Positions 10,801 to 24,422 of a DNA stretch of 64,000 nucleotides are shown piece by piece. Made by a program: the position numbers and the translations under genes. Origin of the DNA: Plasmodiophora brassicae. Its lineage: Eukaryota. Numbering within the stretch: position 1 is the stretch's first letter; every line of letters begins with the position of its first letter. Where the stretch lies: NCBI GenBank assembly GCA_036867785.1, contig CP145413.1, positions 62,001 to 126,000 of the forward strand, read 5' to 3'. The notes beneath the pieces are model-generated. The model had not been told where the DNA came from. It was given only the letters and a program-made list of their open reading frames with translations, and did no database searches.

Positions 10801-13800
10801 GTCAACCGCAGGCCTAGCCAGATCACGGGATGCCTCGATCACCTTAAACTCATCCTTCAAGGCAAGTGAGATTTCTTCGATCAGGGTAATGATTGGAGGT
10901 AGAAACGGCGGCTGTAAAATGTCAGACGTCTGCTGGTTTTACGCGCGTTAGTGCCTGACCTCCGTCCAGCATTCGTAAATTATCTGAAAAATCGAGTCCA
11001 AATAGCTCCGAATGTGTTGCTGTACAATGGATACAAGAACGCCTGTTCGCTTTTGAGCGGGTTTCAACAATAGCGTGGGCGAACCGCCGCATACCGATTT
11101 GCTGGAACAGGGTTTCGCGTAAGGACTCATCAGTTGACGTTCGCATGGCTGACAGAAACGGCGGAATGATCTGGGACAGGAAAGGAATTCCTTGCATCCC
11201 GAGTGACTTAAAGATAAACATGACCGCTTGGATCACCATGGAATGATGTTGCGACAAAGACGGTTTGCCCATTATTTTCATCAGCGCGTCGATAGCTACT
11301 GTAGGGTAGTAGTCGTCAGACGACGCGGTGAACTCCAGTGGTGATCCGGAACTCTGTGCGAGTATACGTTCAGCCGCCCCTATACGAACAAGCGATGATT
11401 GTAACCTTACCGCCCCAAGCCCACTGTCAATGGAACTATCTCTCGCGCCTGGGTCGACAGCAGCAGAAGTTGTAGCGGCCAGCGATTCGTTCTGAAACTG
11501 TTTGAACTTCAATGGATCGAGGGCGCCGACGATGCCGACGACTCGAAGAGCTTCTCGCCTGACCGGCCATGACACCTCCTCCGTCTTTAGAGCATCAAGC
11601 AATGTGGGGCTGCAACGGTTAATCGTTAAGAGCACTCGGTCGCACGTTTCGATTGTGATCTTACAGCAACTGCCTGTATGTGTTGTACGGCTCTATAACC
11701 TGCCCAGTGCTTCGAATCAACTGCCCGATACAGCGTAAAGCTGCTTCGCGCTTCAACATCGAGGCGCGATCTTGAAGCGTGTCCATAATCAGCGGCATCA
11801 GTGTTGCTAGGTACTACACATACAAATAATGGAATTAGCTACGCAAGGGATACATATGGGCAGAGAATCTACCTGATTCATATCAGAACCGCACACAGTT
11901 GCTAACTGACCCAAGGTCAGCAATACTCGCGACGATACACCTGCACTATCATCCTGACAGCCATGTCCGCAATCAGAGAATCCCCATGATCGCACGTTTG
12001 ATCGACCTTGAGATTCGGCATCAGCACGTTCAGAACAGGAGCAAAGTATGGCGCCATCAGTTGCTGCGCTGCCGCGATAAGATGCCCCAGCAGCGTGCAA
12101 CTTTCTTCTCGACACCGCGAATCGTTCGACAGTTGGAGCTCGGTCAACAGTTGAATGAGAGTCTTGCGCAGAGAAGGCATGACATACGCCGGATTACGCA
12201 ACGCCAGCCTTCCAATAACGGACATGGATGCGCAACGAACTGGAAACACTTCGTCATTCAACGCGACGAAGAGCGACTGCAGGTTCTCTGCTTGTGCCAG
12301 GAAGCGGTCAAAAGAGTCGTGCAAGTTCATGAAGACAGTAAGTCGAATGTCAGCAACGGGATCCGCGATGCCAACCCTTAATAACCGTTCAAGAACCCCT
12401 GACACAGTAAACGTCTGCTGTCGGGTCATTCCACCTAACAAGCACGACGATCAGGGAGCTGATAAAAACCACGATCCGAAGTTCAGCATACGTGGCGGAA
12501 TAGTCGTGTGTCGAACAAGCAGCCGGGCACAAGTAATGCAGGCTTGTTTTCGAATGTACGCCAGATCGTGCTCAAGGTACGTGACGAGGACATCGCGAAG
12601 AAATCCGAAAAGGTTGATCGAATCCAAATTGAACGTTCCCAGCGTCTGAAGGCTCAACGACACAAGCTCTGCCGACGCATCGATCGACAGTGGACTGCTG
12701 ACGGGTTCAATACTGAGATCTGCAGAACGTATCAGGAATCAGATGGCCTTATAGACCCTTTCGCCTACCCTACCGCAAATATCGCCAGTCAACGAAGGAA
12801 CACTATAAAGGCTTGCAGAGCTTGCGCGTCGCCCACCCGCCGGGACAGAAGCGCTTGTCGTTTCGGGAGTTAAAATGGACAGCAGAAGTGACATGAGGCG
12901 GCTTTGAATTGGGGCCAGAAGCTGGGCGCCGCATCATCAATTGCTCATGAGCTGCGGCAACGGGATTCCCGACCGTACCTGCGGGATGCATTCTACCAGG
13001 GTTGTCAGCGCATCAACGAGAGGGCTGCAGAGCCCAATCCGAAACGCCAGCTCTATAAGGTCAGTGTCCGGGGTGCACGACGGCCCGGTGATGTAAGGCA
13101 GTAACTCGGGGCCGACACTGCGTGCGACAGAAGCCAAGCATGTCAGGGCGCATAAGCTAACCTGGTGCCGGCGCACCGCTTTGGGTCCCAAGGCCGCCTG
13201 CGACAAAGCTAATTGTCACACACAGCACCGGGACGCGGGCCACGGGTCGTGAACTCACAGAGATAAGCTGGACAATAACAGGGACCCTCGGAAGGATCCG
13301 CTTCCCGACAGACATGGCAATTTCCCCCAGGGCAACGAATGCAACATCGCGTTGCGACGACAGCGCCCCGGTCAGCGAAGTTCCTGACGCTGCTCAACAC
13401 TTAATCCATCGATAACCAATGACTTGCTGCCTTCTCACCTTGTAGCATGTCGGTGATGTAGTCTAGAGCAGTGTCCATGTACCCGCGAACAAAGGCATCA
13501 GGACAGTACCGCGCAAGACGCGGAAGCGTCGTCAGGACGGCTTCTCGAACAGCAGCAACGCGATGGTCCCGGTACGATAGCACAATGTCACAAGACTGCA
13601 ACTCGCGAATGAATTTCGGGGACAAAGACATGTGATCGGCGAGAGAAACCTCTTTGAAACGCGCAATCATGAAGTCGTCCTGAACGCACAGCAACTCATG
13701 GATCGTCATCAGGCTGCCGTGCACCGTATCGGGGTTCGCCACGGCCAGTCCTTTCTTCGCCTCGTTCCAGACGCGCGAAAACCACTGCACACGCCATCGG

Positions 13801-14441
13801 CTGCCCCGCTTGCTGATCAATGCCAGCGTCGATCGCAATGCCTGAATGGCGGCCTCGCGAATGTTAAGCAGAGGATCATGGAGGGCGACCCAGATGTGGT
13901 CGATGAACGCAGCGACGTGTTGGTTGAACAGCGTCGGAACGTTATCGGCCAGCTGTTTGAGGACTAAAACCGCTGCAAGGCGCCGATGTTCATAACGGTC
14001 TCCCTGGAGCCACTCCAGGGCACGCTTCACTTCGAACTCGACAAAGTCGGGGGTCAATGTCCCTCCAGCGCGAGCGAGGTGCCCCAGAGCCTTCGACGCC
14101 ATATCAAGAATGACGGGATCGGAGCTGGAGACGACCATTCGCAGATAGTTTGCGAACCGAATGATTTTCGTCTCATTCTCCTCATACTGGACGTCGATGA
14201 GGTTGTCGATGACCTGAATGCCGCAGATCTTGTCGCCGGCACTGGGCGAATTCACCAGGTCGAAGATGCGCTTATTCAGGTCGTTCATGAACCGTGTGAA
14301 CGACTCCGACGTGCGCTCCCGGGCTTCGCCCTCGACGTATCTGCGCAGCGCCTCGGTCTCCTCGTTCGTCGACGTCGGCGACGCTAACGCTAGCCGACCC
14401 AGAATGGCGTCCAGCTGAGCGTACGTCGCCGGCCCGCCCAT
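4850..14441 (-). CDS. TOR: Target of rapamycin kinase (HEAT-FAT-FRB-PIKK-FATC), many short introns
   Basis: N-terminal [56 protein letters not shown]; kinase [12 protein letters not shown] and [50 protein letters not shown] (4850-4852). Confidence 0.98.
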
Positions 14442-14694
14442 GACCGGCGACCGTTTGCACGTTGCGACTCACCGCGGCTTCCTCGTCTGGGCGACGGACT
14501 TGCTGATGGCGCTGCTGCTTGGGGCAACGTGCACGACAGAAAGGGACCGGCCAGTGACAAAAATACACCCGGCGGCGGCCAACCTGGCGAGAACGACGCC
14601 CACGTGTTCCATGGCCGATGAGGCGATGAAGACGTTGCAAAGTCTGAAGCGCGCATCCGGGTCCCATGGTGCTGGGTGCGTTCGAGTGTATTAC

Positions 14695-15539
14695 TTATCG
14701 GCGAGCGTTCGCCCTCCTGGCGTCCTCTTCCTCGGTATACTGGACAAGGTGGTGTCGTCAGCGCCGGATGCGTACGATATCTACATAGGTAGGCGGGGCA
14801 GATACGTGCCTTCTTTCGCAGGACGGCATCGACGGCGCTGGCGTATTTCGTCGATGTGGGGCGGTCCGGGATCGTCGGCTTGTCGGTCGATTCCCAGTCG
14901 AACGAGTACTGCGTCAGCGGCGTGTACTGCAGGTGCGATGACAGCTGGAGCAGCGCCTCGCTGACATAAAACGATGTGCTGGCCTACGAAGACGCATAAG
15001 TCCATTCCCAACATGCACGGAAACGCTCGCTCGTTTCGCACGAAGTTGCATGCCAGGACGGAATAGATCGTTGGCATCTGGTAGACGGTTCCCCATTGCG
15101 GGCCAGTACCGACCACGTAGTATAGTGCCAGAACGGTGACCGACGTCTCCGAGTGCCGTTCCTGTTTCCGAATCAGAAAGTAGGCCGGCGTCTTCGACGC
15201 CATCGGGGAACTGTTGTCCACTTCGTATTCGACACCAGTCATCGTCCTGCAATCGAGCAACGGTTACCGAGAGCAGAACGCGACGCAAATCGATGGTCAC
15301 TTGATGTAACTGGGATCCAGCGTCCGTTGCAGACTGATCAGCCTAACGCGGATTGTGTCAGACCAGGCCGTCGGGGGAAGCATTGAGCCGTCGTCGCCTT
15401 ACTCATTGTTACAGGATGGGTCGTAGAAGCAGGACTGCTTGAAGTAGTCCAGCAGCGTCGACCGGTTCAACGGCCAGGCCTGCAACCAGGCCAGGAATCG
15501 CCAGCTCGTCCACGTGTCCAGGCCACCACCGGTCGCCAT
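14695..15539 (-). CDS. MED6: Mediator subunit 6 (spliced)
   Basis: SWRFLAWL..PLNRSTLLDYFKQSCFYDPSCNNE, MTGVEYEV, FLIRKQER, YYVVG..GTVYQMP. The last intron appears to be GC-AG. Confidence 0.9.
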
Positions 15540-15732
15540 CCGGCTCGCAGGATGCCGCGCAATTCGTCGCCCGCGTCCCGCCGCATCTCGGTGCCAACCG
15601 GGCAGTACGATATACGATACCAGCTTGCACTGAACAGTGAACGCACGGTACACCACACGCCTCCATCAGACGAGGCTGTACGGCCGCGTCCCCTATACTC
15701 ATGCTCTGTACGCCCCGACAATGCAATTTTAT

Positions 15733-16634
15733 CTAGGTTCGCAAGTGGCGCAACGCGATGGCGATAGTAATGGCGGCGATGACGCCCAGGGTGGCACTTA
15801 CGATCAGGTCGGGCGGTTGGTCCGGCCGGTGACGGGGGCGTGCAGGTCGGGTAGCGCCCCGGCGGTCGTACCCAGGTAGGCCTGCTGGCTTTGCCTGAAG
15901 CATACGCGCAATCCGGAAGAAGCGCAACTCGGTGGCGACGTCGACCGGGCTGGGGCATTCGGGACAGGACGGCGACGAGAAGTTGTAGTTCGGGCCCATG
16001 CTCTCGTACAGAAGTTCAACAACCGGCAAGACGTACTCCTCCGAGACACCGGGCCGACTGCAGACAGACCTGTTAGCGACAGCGGTAACGTTGGTGAGCC
16101 GACCACCGTGCGTCGTACTGTTCAAGCGCGTGGTCGATGGGGAGACGAACAAGATGGTGGGGCCGATATGGGTCCAGAGCGGGGCTCGCTCCAAGGCGGA
16201 GTAGCGTCTCGACGACGTCCAGCTGCAGGAACTTGGCGGCCCAGTCCAACGCTGTCATTGCGTTGATGTCTTGCAGGTTGACCTCGAAGAACTTCAGGTC
16301 CCGAATGATCCTGTCGATGAGGACGGCCCGAACGCGATGGCTGCTACAGTACCTAGTGGCAAGAACCGTCGTAAGACCTGTGCGGTGACGTTGGAATCCC
16401 AAGTCGCATATGATACGTGCTCTTCACGACGACATGTAACGGATCCGGCCGCCCCGTATACTGTGGACCACCCCACTCATCGTCGGGCGATGAGTGCTTG
16501 CGCAGAGCCCAGTTAAATGCAACCACGTTCTCGTCCAAACGACAATGGGTCAATTGCTGGAGCACCGTCTCTGATAGGGCTACGGATGCGACCCCTAGTA
16601 GTACAAGGACAAGGAACGGATGGCTGCTTGGCAT
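15733..16634 (-). CDS. Signal peptide + ankyrin-repeat protein with C-terminal hydrophobic segment (2 introns)
   Basis: MPSSHPFLVLVLLGVASVALS signal; VNLQDINAMTALDWAAKFLQLDVVETLLRLGASP ankyrin repeat; C-terminal LIVSATLGVIAAITIAIAL. Confidence 0.7.
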
Positions 16635-16792
16635 ATGGTTTGGAAATATCAAATGGGTCTCCAGGAAGACGCCCCCCCTGACCCATATCCGTGAAGCAGG
16701 TCAAGGGCCATCACCAGTGACTATGTACCTACATAGGACGGACTAATCGCACACAGGCTATGCCTTCAGAACCGGACCGGGCGATGGCACTT

Positions 16793-17594
<802 letters not shown>

Positions 17595-17989
17595 CCGTCA
17601 CCGGGCGCGCTGATTTGCAAAGTAGAGCAGGTCGACGCGTCCGCATCGCGTCGATATTCCTCGGCCTTGGGAACGACGTCGTCTGATCGCGTCAGCCAGT
17701 GGCAGGTGTTCCCCCTTTCCACTTGGCCTCATCGTCACGCGGAATCGGATGCGTCGCACGGCGGAACGTGTTACGTGACGGTAGGGCGACGCAACCCGCT
17801 CGGCCCCGCAATCTTGCCACCACACGAGTTGGGGGGGCCTCTATTCTACTTCGGGGACTGGAAATGATTACTCCTACATCGAGGCTGCGCTAATACGGAG
17901 AGGGAGGCATAGAGAATGACATTGGATCTGATGGACTTTATTGGGTATAAGGGCATCAGACGTTACACGAAGGATGCGGGGTCACCAGA

Positions 17990-19627
17990 TCAGCCGTGAG
18001 ACACCTGCTGCGTGTTGAGCTTGTAGTCGCCACGGTTCCCGGATATCTTGGTGATGAACTGTTCCGGGACGGGGATCTCGACTGGGTCGCTCTTCTCGGT
18101 CGGCCCAGGAACGCGAATGTTCACTTCCGAGATGTTCGACGTGACGATGCTCGGGTCACTGGAAGACAGGGCGTTAGCTGAAATGGACGACATCGCTGAT
18201 CAAATGAGGGCACCGACCGCTTGACGCATTCCTCCGAAAGGACCAGCTGGCAACCGTGAGTCTTGTCAATGGCGATGCTCGGTGCCGAACCCGTTGTGCC
18301 GACTTCAACGGACTGGCAGTTGACAATCTCGACAGTCGAAACGACGTCGCCAAAGATGAGTGCCGACTTCTTGCAGTTGTCCATGCAAATCGCCTTGACG
18401 CGAGCGCCGATCTTGATCGTCGACCCCTCGCACTTGTAGATGTACACGGTGTGGTTGAGCTGGACTTCACCGGCGGGCAGCTCCACGACGCCAGCGTTGA
18501 CATAGTTCTCAATGAACCACTTGCCTTGGTTGTGCGTGATCGACGGCGGCTTCGTTGCCGCCGAACCCTTGCTCTGCTGTCGAGAAGGCGCAGCAGCCTT
18601 CTTCGGGACGTCGGAAACAAGCCCGGAGCGCTCCTCAGGAGACCGGTTCTTGGACTTCATGTCGTTAGTCACCTTGCTGAGGCCTTTGGTGATATCACCG
18701 CCCTTGTTGATCTGGGCAAAGACCGCCGCCATGCCAGTCAACGTCGGGGCAGTCGTTGACGATGAGGCAGGAGCAGCTGGAGCGGGTGCGGCTGGCGCTG
18801 GCGGCGGCGGCGCACACGGGGGAGCCGCCGGTGCCGATCCGCTGGAGAATTGCTTGATCGATTTGCCGGACGACGACCAGGACAGACCCGTCGGGTGGTT
18901 AGTCTTGATGTACGTCTACAGGCACACGTTTACCCAACCAAACATTCCTCTCCACCGGTGTGCCCCGCATTACCTTCAGTTCGTTCAGCGCATTACGAAT
19001 CTGCTTCACGAACTGCTTGTTCGCCTCATCGGACGCCGACGTCAGCACCTTGTTCAGGTAGAATGTGGACGCCTCGACGGCGTTCTGGACATGCGTTTGG
19101 GGCTTCTCGGGCGCGGCAATCCAGAACAGAGCCGGGAGCGCTTCGGCGAACCCGGCCTGGTGGTTGTACGCCTTGCTGCGGTTGTCCTGAAGCGCGTGCG
19201 CCTCCTGGATCGCCTTCGACAATGGTTCGACAAACTCGCGGAGGTCGGCATCGGACGGCTTCGTGCATTGCGATGCGGCGGCGACAGCGGTCCCAACGAA
19301 TTCGAACGCAGTGGCAGCAATCCGACCCTGACAACAAATCGATTCGTTATTATCAACCGGCACGACAGCGCTTCGGGATCGTACAATCTTCTCGATATCC
19401 CCGCCGATCTGCGTGCACGTCGACAGGAACGGCTGGACGTGGGCGTCAAAGTAGGCCGCGTACGCCGCCGACGATGGCGAGGCGGGCGTCACCGGGCCCG
19501 CCGACTTGCCATGCAGGGCGGGCGCGGCCGGCGCCGACGACTGCGCCGCGCGGACGGTCCCCTCGATCTGCTCGAGGCGCTTGACGCACGCCTCGAATCG
19601 CTGCAGGACGGCATCGAACGTAGCCAT
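17990..19627 (-). CDS. CAP: Adenylyl cyclase-associated protein CAP/Srv2
   Basis: N-terminal CVKRLEQ, FYLNKVL, proline-rich linker, AVFAQINKGGDITKGLSKV, CARP domain with IAIDKTHGCQL, EIPVPEQF. Confidence 0.95.
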
Positions 19628-20060
19628 GGGTCAGGATCGGTACGGGTCCGAACGTGTGTCGCGCTGGTGCCGAATACGTATTTGGCAGTGTCGTTGACAC
19701 GCGACCCCCTGGGTCGACCGTGTGTCCCGAAATATCGCACTGCCGAACCTATAAATAATCATGTCACACGAGTGAGGACCGTGCGCTGCTTCCAAGCGCA
19801 CCAGCAGAGTGCCCCCCGCAGGTAGATTGGCCCAAGCCGAACCCACCGGATGCGAGCCGCGTCCCCGGTGACACCTGCGTCCGGCAGCAGCGGATCCACC
19901 TTGCACTAAGTAGGGGTACGTAAGTTCCATAACAATAACGCGAACCGACCGTGAACTGGTTACGAGCAAAACGGCCGGCCCCACTGTCACGTTGGGCAGA
20001 AAAGCGCATCTGTTTCGGCCTTGGCGTTCCTGTTTGACAACGCCGTCGCGCGCGTCGACC

Positions 20061-21584
20061 ATGCCGATGTTCTGTGACGACGGGCCGTTGCTGCCGGGCG
20101 CCGATGCCGGCCCCGGGTCCCCGTCGCAGCTTGCCCGCGTCGTCGGTCTCGGCCTGTCGTTCCTGTTCATCTTCATGTCGTTCAACGGTCGGTACCCTTG
20201 CGCACATGCGCTGGCCGCTTGGTGTTGATTTCGTCGATGTCGCCAGCCGCCCAGGTGTGTGCTGCTCCTCTCAGCGACGGGCGATCGACATCGTATCTCA
20301 CGTATGTGGCACGTGGTTTAGAATTTCCAGACGTCCGGGTACGATCCTCGCGTTGGGTCGCTGGCCCTTGGTCTGCTCTACTCTGTCTTCACGTACGCCT
20401 ACTGGTCTCTGTAACGCCCCTTGTCGTAGTGGCTCACCGTGCTTCGATAGAGTGTCGAACCTGGTATCTGCCCAGGCCGTCCGACGACTCGGTTTGCGGC
20501 GCTCCCTGTTCCTCGGGTCGTTGACGTATGTGGCGTTTGTCACCGCCAACGCATTCTATCGGCCATGGTTTGTCTACCTGTCATCGGCGTTGTTGGGGTT
20601 CGGGGCAGCGCTGCTCTGGACGGCCCAGGGCTCATTCGTCGTGCGATGCTCGCGTGCCGATGACCACCTGAACCGTAAAGTCCCCGGATCGTCGCTCGGC
20701 AAGTTCAACGGCGTGTTCTTTGCGTTGTTCCAGGCGAACCAGTTCCTAGGCAACGCTCTCGTCGCCATCATGTTCAACTACAACGAATCGCCCGCAACGA
20801 TCTTTACGGTACGTGGCCGTTGTTGCCCGATGACGTTCGGCATGTGACGCCCATGCGTTCCCAGGTGTGCGCGTTTGTATGCGCCCTTGGCGCGTTATCC
20901 ATCCTGCTCCTGAATCCGCCACCGAATGCGGCCGTCGATACCGAATCTGTATCGTTGTCGGCGATCGTGCGATCCGTCGTGACGAATATGGGCGACAGGC
21001 GCCTGCTGCTTCTGGTCCCGTATATCCTGCTGAATGGAGCCACACAGTCTTTCATCGTCGGCGATGTTGCCGCGCTAGCGCAGACGAACAGCATCCGGTT
21101 CTTCGTCATGGCTGCATGGGGGGCGTTTGACGCCCTTGCGTCGCTGTCGCTGGGCAGGATCGCCGACACGGCTGGACGCATACCAGTCATCCTGTTGGGG
21201 ATTGCTACCCAATCGGCCATCTCCGGATATCTCTACCAGGGCAGCGACCAGGGGTTCTCGTTCGAGTTTCTGATTGGAGTCGCAGCCTGCTTCGGAGTCG
21301 TGGACGCCGTCTACAACACAACGGTTTACGCAATCCTGGGCAGCATGTTCCCAGACGCAGAAGCGGCATGTGCAAGTGTGTCTCGTGTTTCGTGCGCGCT
21401 TGTCCGCGTTCGCCTGATTCGCGCCCATTCAGATTTCAAACTGTTCCAGAGCGGCATGATGGCCGTGGTGTTCTTCGTTCGCAGCTGGACAACACTCACC
21501 TCCCGCATCTGCATTATCGCCGCCCTGATATTGGCATCCGCCGGTCAACTGCACAGCAGGAACTCGTACTCCCGCCCTGTCTGA
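20061..21584 (+). CDS. UNC93-like MFS transporter (UNC93A/MFSD11 family)
   Basis: Spliced FMSFNAAQNFQTS, SALLGFGAALLWTAQG, NGVFFALFQ, DRRLLLLVPYILLNG, FKLFQS. Confidence 0.85.
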
Positions 21585-21884
21585 TTCGTCGGCCCAGGCA
21601 CGCTGACCATCCTGCACAAGTTCGTGCACAGCATCGAGAAGCACCCAGCGTCCAGCGAACAGGACCGCAGTCGATCGCCGTAACGTTGTTGTCGGCAGGT
21701 TGCCGCCTTCTCAACGGCACGAATTGCCACGTAGGACTATATAATATAACTATATACAACACGAGCGGGAGCGGTAGCGGAACAACCGGTCTGCTGCTGG
21801 TGGGGTAGTACCGTAGAGAACAGACACGTTCCGCTGCTGGTCACGGATTGGGGACGTGCTGTTGCCGGAGTCATCATCCTTCGT

Positions 21885-23287
21885 ATGGCGGAGTCCGCCG
21901 TGTCGCACCCAATGGCCATGGCTCTCGACGGCGCCGCCAACGCCGCCGTGCCGTCCGCCGGCGACGATCGCATGAACAACGCCATATCGTTCCTAAAGCG
22001 TAACGAGACGCGGGCGACGACGACGATGTGGATGCGCCCGCTGACTTGACGCTCGCAGATCCAAAGGTGGTCGGCGCGTCCGTCCAGCAGAAGGCGGCGT
22101 TCCTGCATTCGAAGGGCCTGTCCAAGGATGAGATCTGTCGCGCGATGCGATCGATTGACCCGAAGTCGCCGGAAGCCGACCAGGTCGAGCGCGGGGAAGT
22201 CGCCCTCGACCGCCCCGCTGCCGCAGCGGCTCCGCCGCAACCGGCACCACCGGCAGCGCCGCCTGCACCGTCGTCGGCGCCGGCGCCCATTTCGGGTCCC
22301 GGTGGTGTCTTGTACTACCCGGTCGCCGGCCCCAATGGCGTCGTCTACCAACCTCTGTACAAGCAGCCGGCGCCGTCCTCCTGGGCAATGTACTCCATCG
22401 TTGCCGCCGCGGTCGTCGCCGCGGGAGGCGCGCTCGCCTATTCCTATCGCAAGTACTGGCTGGACGACAGCGCCAAGCCGGGCGCCGATGCGGCGGTCAT
22501 CCCTCCTGACGAGCACCGGGAAACGCATGTGATCGTGGATCGTGGCGTCGGCGTGCTCCCACCACCACCACCGCCACCAGAACCCGTCCTGGACGCCATC
22601 CAAGAACTCGCTGCCGACTCCCGCGAGATCAAGCAGCATTTGTCGTCGATATCGCGGTCGCTGGAGGCGCTGTCGACTGCGCGGCCAGCGCCGATCGCGT
22701 CCTCGTCATCGGCCCCTGTTGGCCTGTCCCCGGCTGTGCAAGCCCTGCTGAACAACTCGGCGGCGGTGTCGGAACCAGGCGCTCTGCTGGACGCTGCTGC
22801 TGCTGCTGCTGCTGCTGAACCAGCGTTCAATCTGGCCGCTGCGTCGCTGGAGATGAGCGATGCGCTCGCTGAGTTGATCCAGGATCAGGTCGCCGTGGAC
22901 GTCGCCGTCCCGATCCTGATGATCTACCTGAGAAACGTCGAGAAGGGCGAGCGGTACCAGCGCATCAAGCTGTCCAGCGATTTCTACGAGCAGAAGGTCA
23001 GCTGCTTCCCGAGCGCGATCCAGTTCCTGCACGCGGTCGGGTTCCGCAAGCAGGACGGCTGGCTGGTCTGGCAGGATTCGCCCAACCCGGATTCGCAGGA
23101 CTTCCTCGACCGGCGACACATCCTGTCCGTCGCGCGTGAGCGCCTGACCCAGATCGGCGAGACCGCTCAACGCGCCAAGGAAGAGCGTCGCGACGATCCC
23201 GATCCCGAACCGAGAAGGGCGCAGGTCGAAGGCGATCCTGTCGAGGAAGACGATGCTGGTCGTAGCGAGCGCAGCGATGGTAACTGA
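21885..23287 (+). CDS. PEX14: Peroxin 14 with C-terminal PUB-like domain
   Basis: Pex14_N motif NAISFL|DPKV..SVQQKAAFLHSKGLSKDEI, TM (WAMYSIVAAAVVAAGGALAY), coiled coil, then YLRNVEKGERYQRIKLS..F..KV....AIQFLHAVGF. Confidence 0.85.
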
Positions 23288-23367
23288 GAAGCACCGGCAA
23301 GGCGGACGTCGGGCCGCTGCCCGTGTTAGGCATACGATTAGTCTACCACTAATGAAAATAGTTTACG

Positions 23368-24269
23368 TTAGGCCATGCGCCGGGTTCGGTTGACCCAGCG
23401 GACGCGCGTCTCGCGGGCGCCACGCCCCGAGTTCAGGCCAGTGTGTACGATGAAGTCGGGCGTCGTCTGCGCCAACGGTGTCACTGTGTAAAGCGCCTAC
23501 AGCAGCCACGAACGTCGTACCTTGGACGGTTTCGGTTTCGTCGACGGTGCCAGCGCAGACGTGGAGGATGACGTTTGAGGGCGTCGCGATCGATTGATCG
23601 CCGCCGATCGTTTGCCCCGTGCCCACTCCATCTTGAACTTCTGGAACAGGGCCACTGGATCCGTCGATCGGAACGACCGGCCTGACCGTTGGGCAGACTG
23701 AGAACGCGCGACGGACACGGACGGGCCGCCGTGGTGAACGTACCTGGCGCGCGTTGCGTCCTGGATCCGGAGGACGGCTTCAAGGCGGGTTCCTTCGTGT
23801 CGACGGGCGGCGTGACGTTCTGCACGCGAGCCGACTCTGGTGACTCGGGCGCGTCATCCGACGAGTGCTCGTGCGCGTAATGAAGAACGCGGGCGGCAGA
23901 CGCCTATGTAGGTAGGGTGGACCATTGTAACCGTCGTCGTGTCCATTGTAGTGAACCTGAACAGACCTGTTCGCTCCGGTTCTCGTCGGGCGCAGCAGTC
24001 AGGCGGGCCCGAGGCCGGGGCGGGAGTATCTCCCGAAGCGATGCACGCCGCAATGGAACGTCAGGGGACGACGTCGCGCTATCGGATGGCGCGTGCGCCG
24101 CCGCCACACGCGGCGTCGATATTCGCAGGACGAACCGCTCAAGAACGTCGTCCTCGACGTTGCCAATCCCCTGGCAACAGCAACTCAGGGCGGCGCGATC
24201 TTCGAACGCCGTCGTGCTGACCAGTAGCGACAGCTGGCGCCTAACGTCGTCCGCTGTGAAGTTCGTCAT
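23368..24269 (-). CDS. HYLS1: HYLS1-like centriolar protein (spliced)
   Basis: N-terminal FTADDVRRQLSLLGIGNV..LERF; C-terminal TDPVALFQKFKMEW and PDFIV...RVRWVNR resemble the HYLS1 box. Confidence 0.6.
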
Positions 24270-24382
24270 TCGGGTGACGACAGCCGGGCCGCGGCCGCGA
24301 CGATCGCCACGACGCCAGTTGGCCTGTGACGTGATCCGCTCGGGATGTGCAAAGCGCGCTGAAAAGTGAAAACGCGAATTCC

Positions 24383-24405
24383 GCTCTCTCTCTCTATCTC
24401 TCTCT
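24383..24405. repeat. (CT)n microsatellite
   Basis: CTCTCTCTCTCTATCTCTCTCT in the divergent intergenic region. Confidence 0.8.
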
Positions 24406-24422
24406 GCCCACAGTGCACGTCA

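Noticed and set aside
4850-14441. Fragmented TOR ORFs read as a pseudogene or recoding
   Set aside because: The breaks I examined are explained by short GT-AG introns that restore conserved sequence.
22793-22817. (GCT)n repeat, and CAG/CTG runs at ~30925 and ~32535
   Set aside because: Ordinary short coding or intronic trinucleotide runs (poly-Ala/Gln).
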